This document shows, in pieces, positions 61,275 through 64,000 of a DNA stretch of 64,000 nt (position 1 is its first letter; each line of letters opens with the position of its first letter). The position numbers and the translations under genes are program-made. The notes below the pieces were generated by a model. The model ran no database searches, was not told the origin of the DNA, and saw nothing but the letters and a program-made list of their open reading frames with translations. This DNA is from Sarea resinae. Its lineage: Eukaryota. The stretch is from assembly GCA_026026165.1 (NCBI GenBank), contig JAPEUD010000041.1, forward strand, positions 1-64,000, given 5' to 3'.

Positions 61275-64000
61275 TTTCTTTGCGAATTACAGGCTGGCCG
61301 ACCGTAAAGTCGGATACGTAAAAGGAGCTCAAGAAGGAAAGATGGGAAAGGTCTAGCCACCCCTTCTCTGTCCACTCCTTCTCTGTCTGGCTGCGCCGGT
61401 TGCTGGCGACTGACCCTTGAAATAGTAACAGCTTTCTTTGTGGATTGAGGGTGAGCTTGACCGGGTACACTCTGTTTTCGACCCGCAGATCTGCTTGGAC
61501 CTTGACATGAGGGTTTGAAGGTTAGGCCGTGCTTTTGTGGATAGGCTCCGGTGAAAGCATGAATAGTATTAGATGGATAGTGCCCTTTGCAATAGCCATT
61601 GTACGCTAATCATCCTAAGATCGGTATTGACGGTAAGCAAGTGCTGTACTACGAGATTGCTTTCGCTGCCATAATCCCGTAGATAAAGAAGATGTGTAGA
61701 GTAGCTAGAAATACAGCAAGGATGCTACAAAATTGGATGAGAACGAGCTGAATTTGTATCGGAAGGAGAATGGATGAGCAGATGGATGTAAAATGTCTTC
61801 CTCAATGTGGAATGGAAGGGCTGTCAGCTTGAAGGGTTCCAGCTCTCTTTGCGTGCACTTCACCCAAAATGGACGAAAAAGACGAAAAAGACGAAACCGA
61901 CATGGAAATATTTTGAGCTGGACGGACATCCATTGCACTAGATATCCTCACTTCGAGGGTACTCATTTTTTCATCCACGTCCTGTGCCGTTTGAATGATC
62001 AGTCTGCGAGAAACCCGACAGTAGTTATCTGGGGATCCTGTTAGAGTCCTCTTCCCTTCTTTCGTCGGCGGTATCCGCTTGGGTGTTGTGCCCGATAAGC
62101 AGTTGGAAATTGCCGCTTTGAGATTAGCTCGGCGAGGACAGCAACGCTCGCGGTGATCGGACAGATTCATGCGACGATTTCCCTCTACTACCATAGAGGT
62201 CGGTGTGAATGATGGATGAGTTGCTTGGAGTTGGAAACGTTACCAGTAGAGCATGGCATATCAGATGAATATCAACGGAATGTTTGCATTGATAGCGTGA
62301 CAACTTTGCGATGCGGCTCATACGCATTGGATACCCTAAGGTGCTGTTCCTGCAGCTGCTTTCCACTATCGCCATCACCATCATCGATTCATCGCCATCG
62401 ACAGATCAACACCTTATGGTCAATGGTAATCGGTGTTGTTCATGCTTATCGCTATACTCTACTCGGAGTAATGATAGATCCCCTCCTGGGACGCCCTACA
62501 AAATTCGCTTTCGAACCCTTGATCTCAAGTGAACGGTAAGTCTCTCTACGTAATAAGGGTCCACAAGCCCAAGATCCCACGAGCCCACGACTCGGCGGTC
62601 TTCGTATCGCTCTTATCACCCACCTGAATATATGTCATGCAAGATTCTACTCTCACAGTCTTGTGTGGCGAGCTCAGCTACTCGAGGTCGCGGCCCGTAA
62701 ATTAGAATCATCTGCATAAAGCCACTTTTGATGTTTTGGCTTCTCTGGCGCTCGTCTCGCTCGCTCGTCTCTTCGTCATGCTTACTCGAGCGTTGTCGAA
62801 TGCGCCAAGTGCTTGCATCGTGGCTTGGCTGATACAAAGCACATCCCTGGAGTAGGAAGGTGGACGGATGATACCTATCTCTTGGAGATTGCCAATGAGG
62901 TCGTTGCTTTGATCACTGCCGTCCATAGGGATCAAGCTCCTACACTGTCTAATAATACTGCGCAATACCAACGCAGACGAATCGATGGGCGAACACCCAC
63001 ACCAGGAGCAGAAAAAGGAGATACACGGCACAGCAGCGTACGCACGCCTGCAGCTGCAGCAAATGCAGATCTGCTGCACCGCACCCTTTGAGCATGTACG
63101 GAGTGCCGTAAATAGTGGAGGCACCCCCCCCGACAGGCATCTTTATCTGTCTCGGCGTCGATCATCGGCGCTGTCGTCACTGGCAACAGAGACCCAACCA
63201 CACTCGGGAGAAATCCCGAAGTCAGGGGGGGAGAAAAAAGGGTCTCGTCACCTTGGAGATTGGTTCTTGGGTTGCAGTAGCTGTAAGACGACCCGCCGCC
63301 GTCTGCTTGGCAGCCCTCAGCGTCGATGCCGTCGCTTCGCCTCGGCGGTTTCGTGGGGTTTGCCCTCCTTAGCGAGCCCAGAGGCCAGCGGCCAGCGGAG
63401 GCAATTGGATAGGAGCGTCGACTGCCAAGTCGTCCATCTACTATGTAGGAACGGCGCCCTGGTAAGGACCCTGCTGGAGATTATGGACGGGAGCGATACG
63501 AGCGAGTTCGCTTTCATCGGAACGTTGTCAATCATTGGGCGGATAGAGTACTCCGTACACACGACAGACAGATGACGGGCGACGCTATGGTGGGTGAATG
63601 CCGTGCCGACCACACGTATCAATGTATCAAATGCACCCGACATGATTGCATGCAGTCCTCTGCGACTTGAGGTTGTTGCCATTTATCGCTAGGATTGACT
63701 GATTGGGCTCTACTACGTACAGTAATGCGCAGTACGCACCAATGCACCACTTCTGGAGCACGAGATGCGTCGTGCGATCTGCTACATCGTACTTCTGGGC
63801 GGCGACCGCGAGCAAGATCTGGACTGCTCCGGCCGGGCGAGACGCCAATAGTAGCAAGCAGGGGCGGATAAAGGCAGGCCATGTGGCCTGTCCAGGGGCC
63901 AAGAACATTCTGCCGACATTGATCGTACTCATCGTAGGCGGCAACAACTTGGCCGTCTTCCCGCGCAAGACCCAAAGGCAAATCTCGCGCGTGGGCCGAG

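Noticed and set aside
61300..64000. ORFs in the last 2.7 kb, including a + frame open from 63742 to the window end
   Set aside because: No recognisable domain or convincing exon chain. A gene starting near the edge cannot be excluded.

Overview
This is gene-dense eukaryotic DNA from a filamentous ascomycete (Pezizomycotina-like: short GT-AG introns with CTRAY branch sites and the five-intron fungal actin structure). I can support 24 protein-coding genes, mostly housekeeping: CENP-I/Mis6, actin, Fes1, Vps68, Smi1/Knr4, an Avt1-like transporter, eRF1, prephenate dehydratase, a GNAT, an Htd2-like dehydratase, a CorA Mg transporter, Spc1, Rbx1, a PNRC/Edc1-motif protein, Bmt2, uL23/Rpl25, Tim8, Adi1, a PH-LRR protein, Pet127, Loc1, an Eht1-like hydrolase, a Scc4/Ssl3 cohesin loader and an F-box protein. 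Many sit head-to-head. I found no tRNA, rRNA, CRISPR array or intact transposon. The strongest signal is the eRF1 3' end: a leaky-context UGA-CGG stop, a 49-codon open extension containing a hairpin, a second UGA, and a predicted 3'UTR intron 37 nt later. This matches a readthrough/NMD autoregulatory switch. Other signals are a RIP-like AT-rich island of simple repeats, over-represented intergenic motifs (TACGGAGTA, AGGTACCT, a CCATGG palindrome), a 20-nt motif shared by two convergent intergenic regions, tandem splice acceptors that create stops, and a uATG-containing 5'UTR intron in the Mg transporter. Gene models and counts were read by eye; no database searches were run.
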